This document shows, piece after piece, positions 63,846 through 64,000 of a stretch of DNA of 64,000 nt (the first letter of the stretch is position 1; every line of letters starts with the position of its first letter). The stretch is from Mobula hypostoma. Lineage: Eukaryota. The notes beneath the pieces were generated by a model. The model was not told the DNA's origin and made no database searches. It worked only from the letters and a program-made list of their open reading frames with translations. Made by a program: the position numbers and the translations under genes. The stretch covers positions 6,200,001 to 6,264,000 of the forward strand of contig NC_086097.1 of assembly GCF_963921235.1 (NCBI RefSeq), given 5' to 3'.

Positions 63846-64000
63846 GACCTATCTTATGTATTTTATGTATTATACTTGTGATTTTTTATTATTATGCTCT
63901 TTGTTTCATTATGGTATTTTTGCACTGCGTCAGATCCAGAGTAACAATTATTTTTATCTCCTTTACACTTGTGTCCTGGAAAAGACATTAAACAATTTTA

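Overview
Eukaryotic vertebrate DNA, almost entirely transposable elements. The repeat repertoire (CR1/HER1-type LINEs, V-domain SINEs, Rex1/Babar, Penelope, RTE, L2, Tx1, Gypsy, mariner) suggests a cartilaginous fish, probably a ray (inference, not a database result). Nearly all ORFs in the track are TE remnants or their antisense shadows. Three phase-compatible candidate exons of an unidentified minus-strand host gene (58852-59017, 50729-50831, 45554-45674) suggest much of the window is intronic. Highlights: (1) about 15 copies of a minimal type I hammerhead ribozyme motif in Penelope termini, several at insertion boundaries or inversion points, including an 85-bp-arm hairpin with a 14-bp TSD; (2) an R4/Dong-clade restriction-like-endonuclease retrotransposon containing a four-TIR foldback mariner MITE, which in turn contains a Penelope; (3) a 12.7-kb Gypsy element at the centre of a six-level nest; (4) a long RTE that is a horizontal-transfer candidate. 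All family assignments come from motifs read by eye, and coordinates of decayed elements are approximate.
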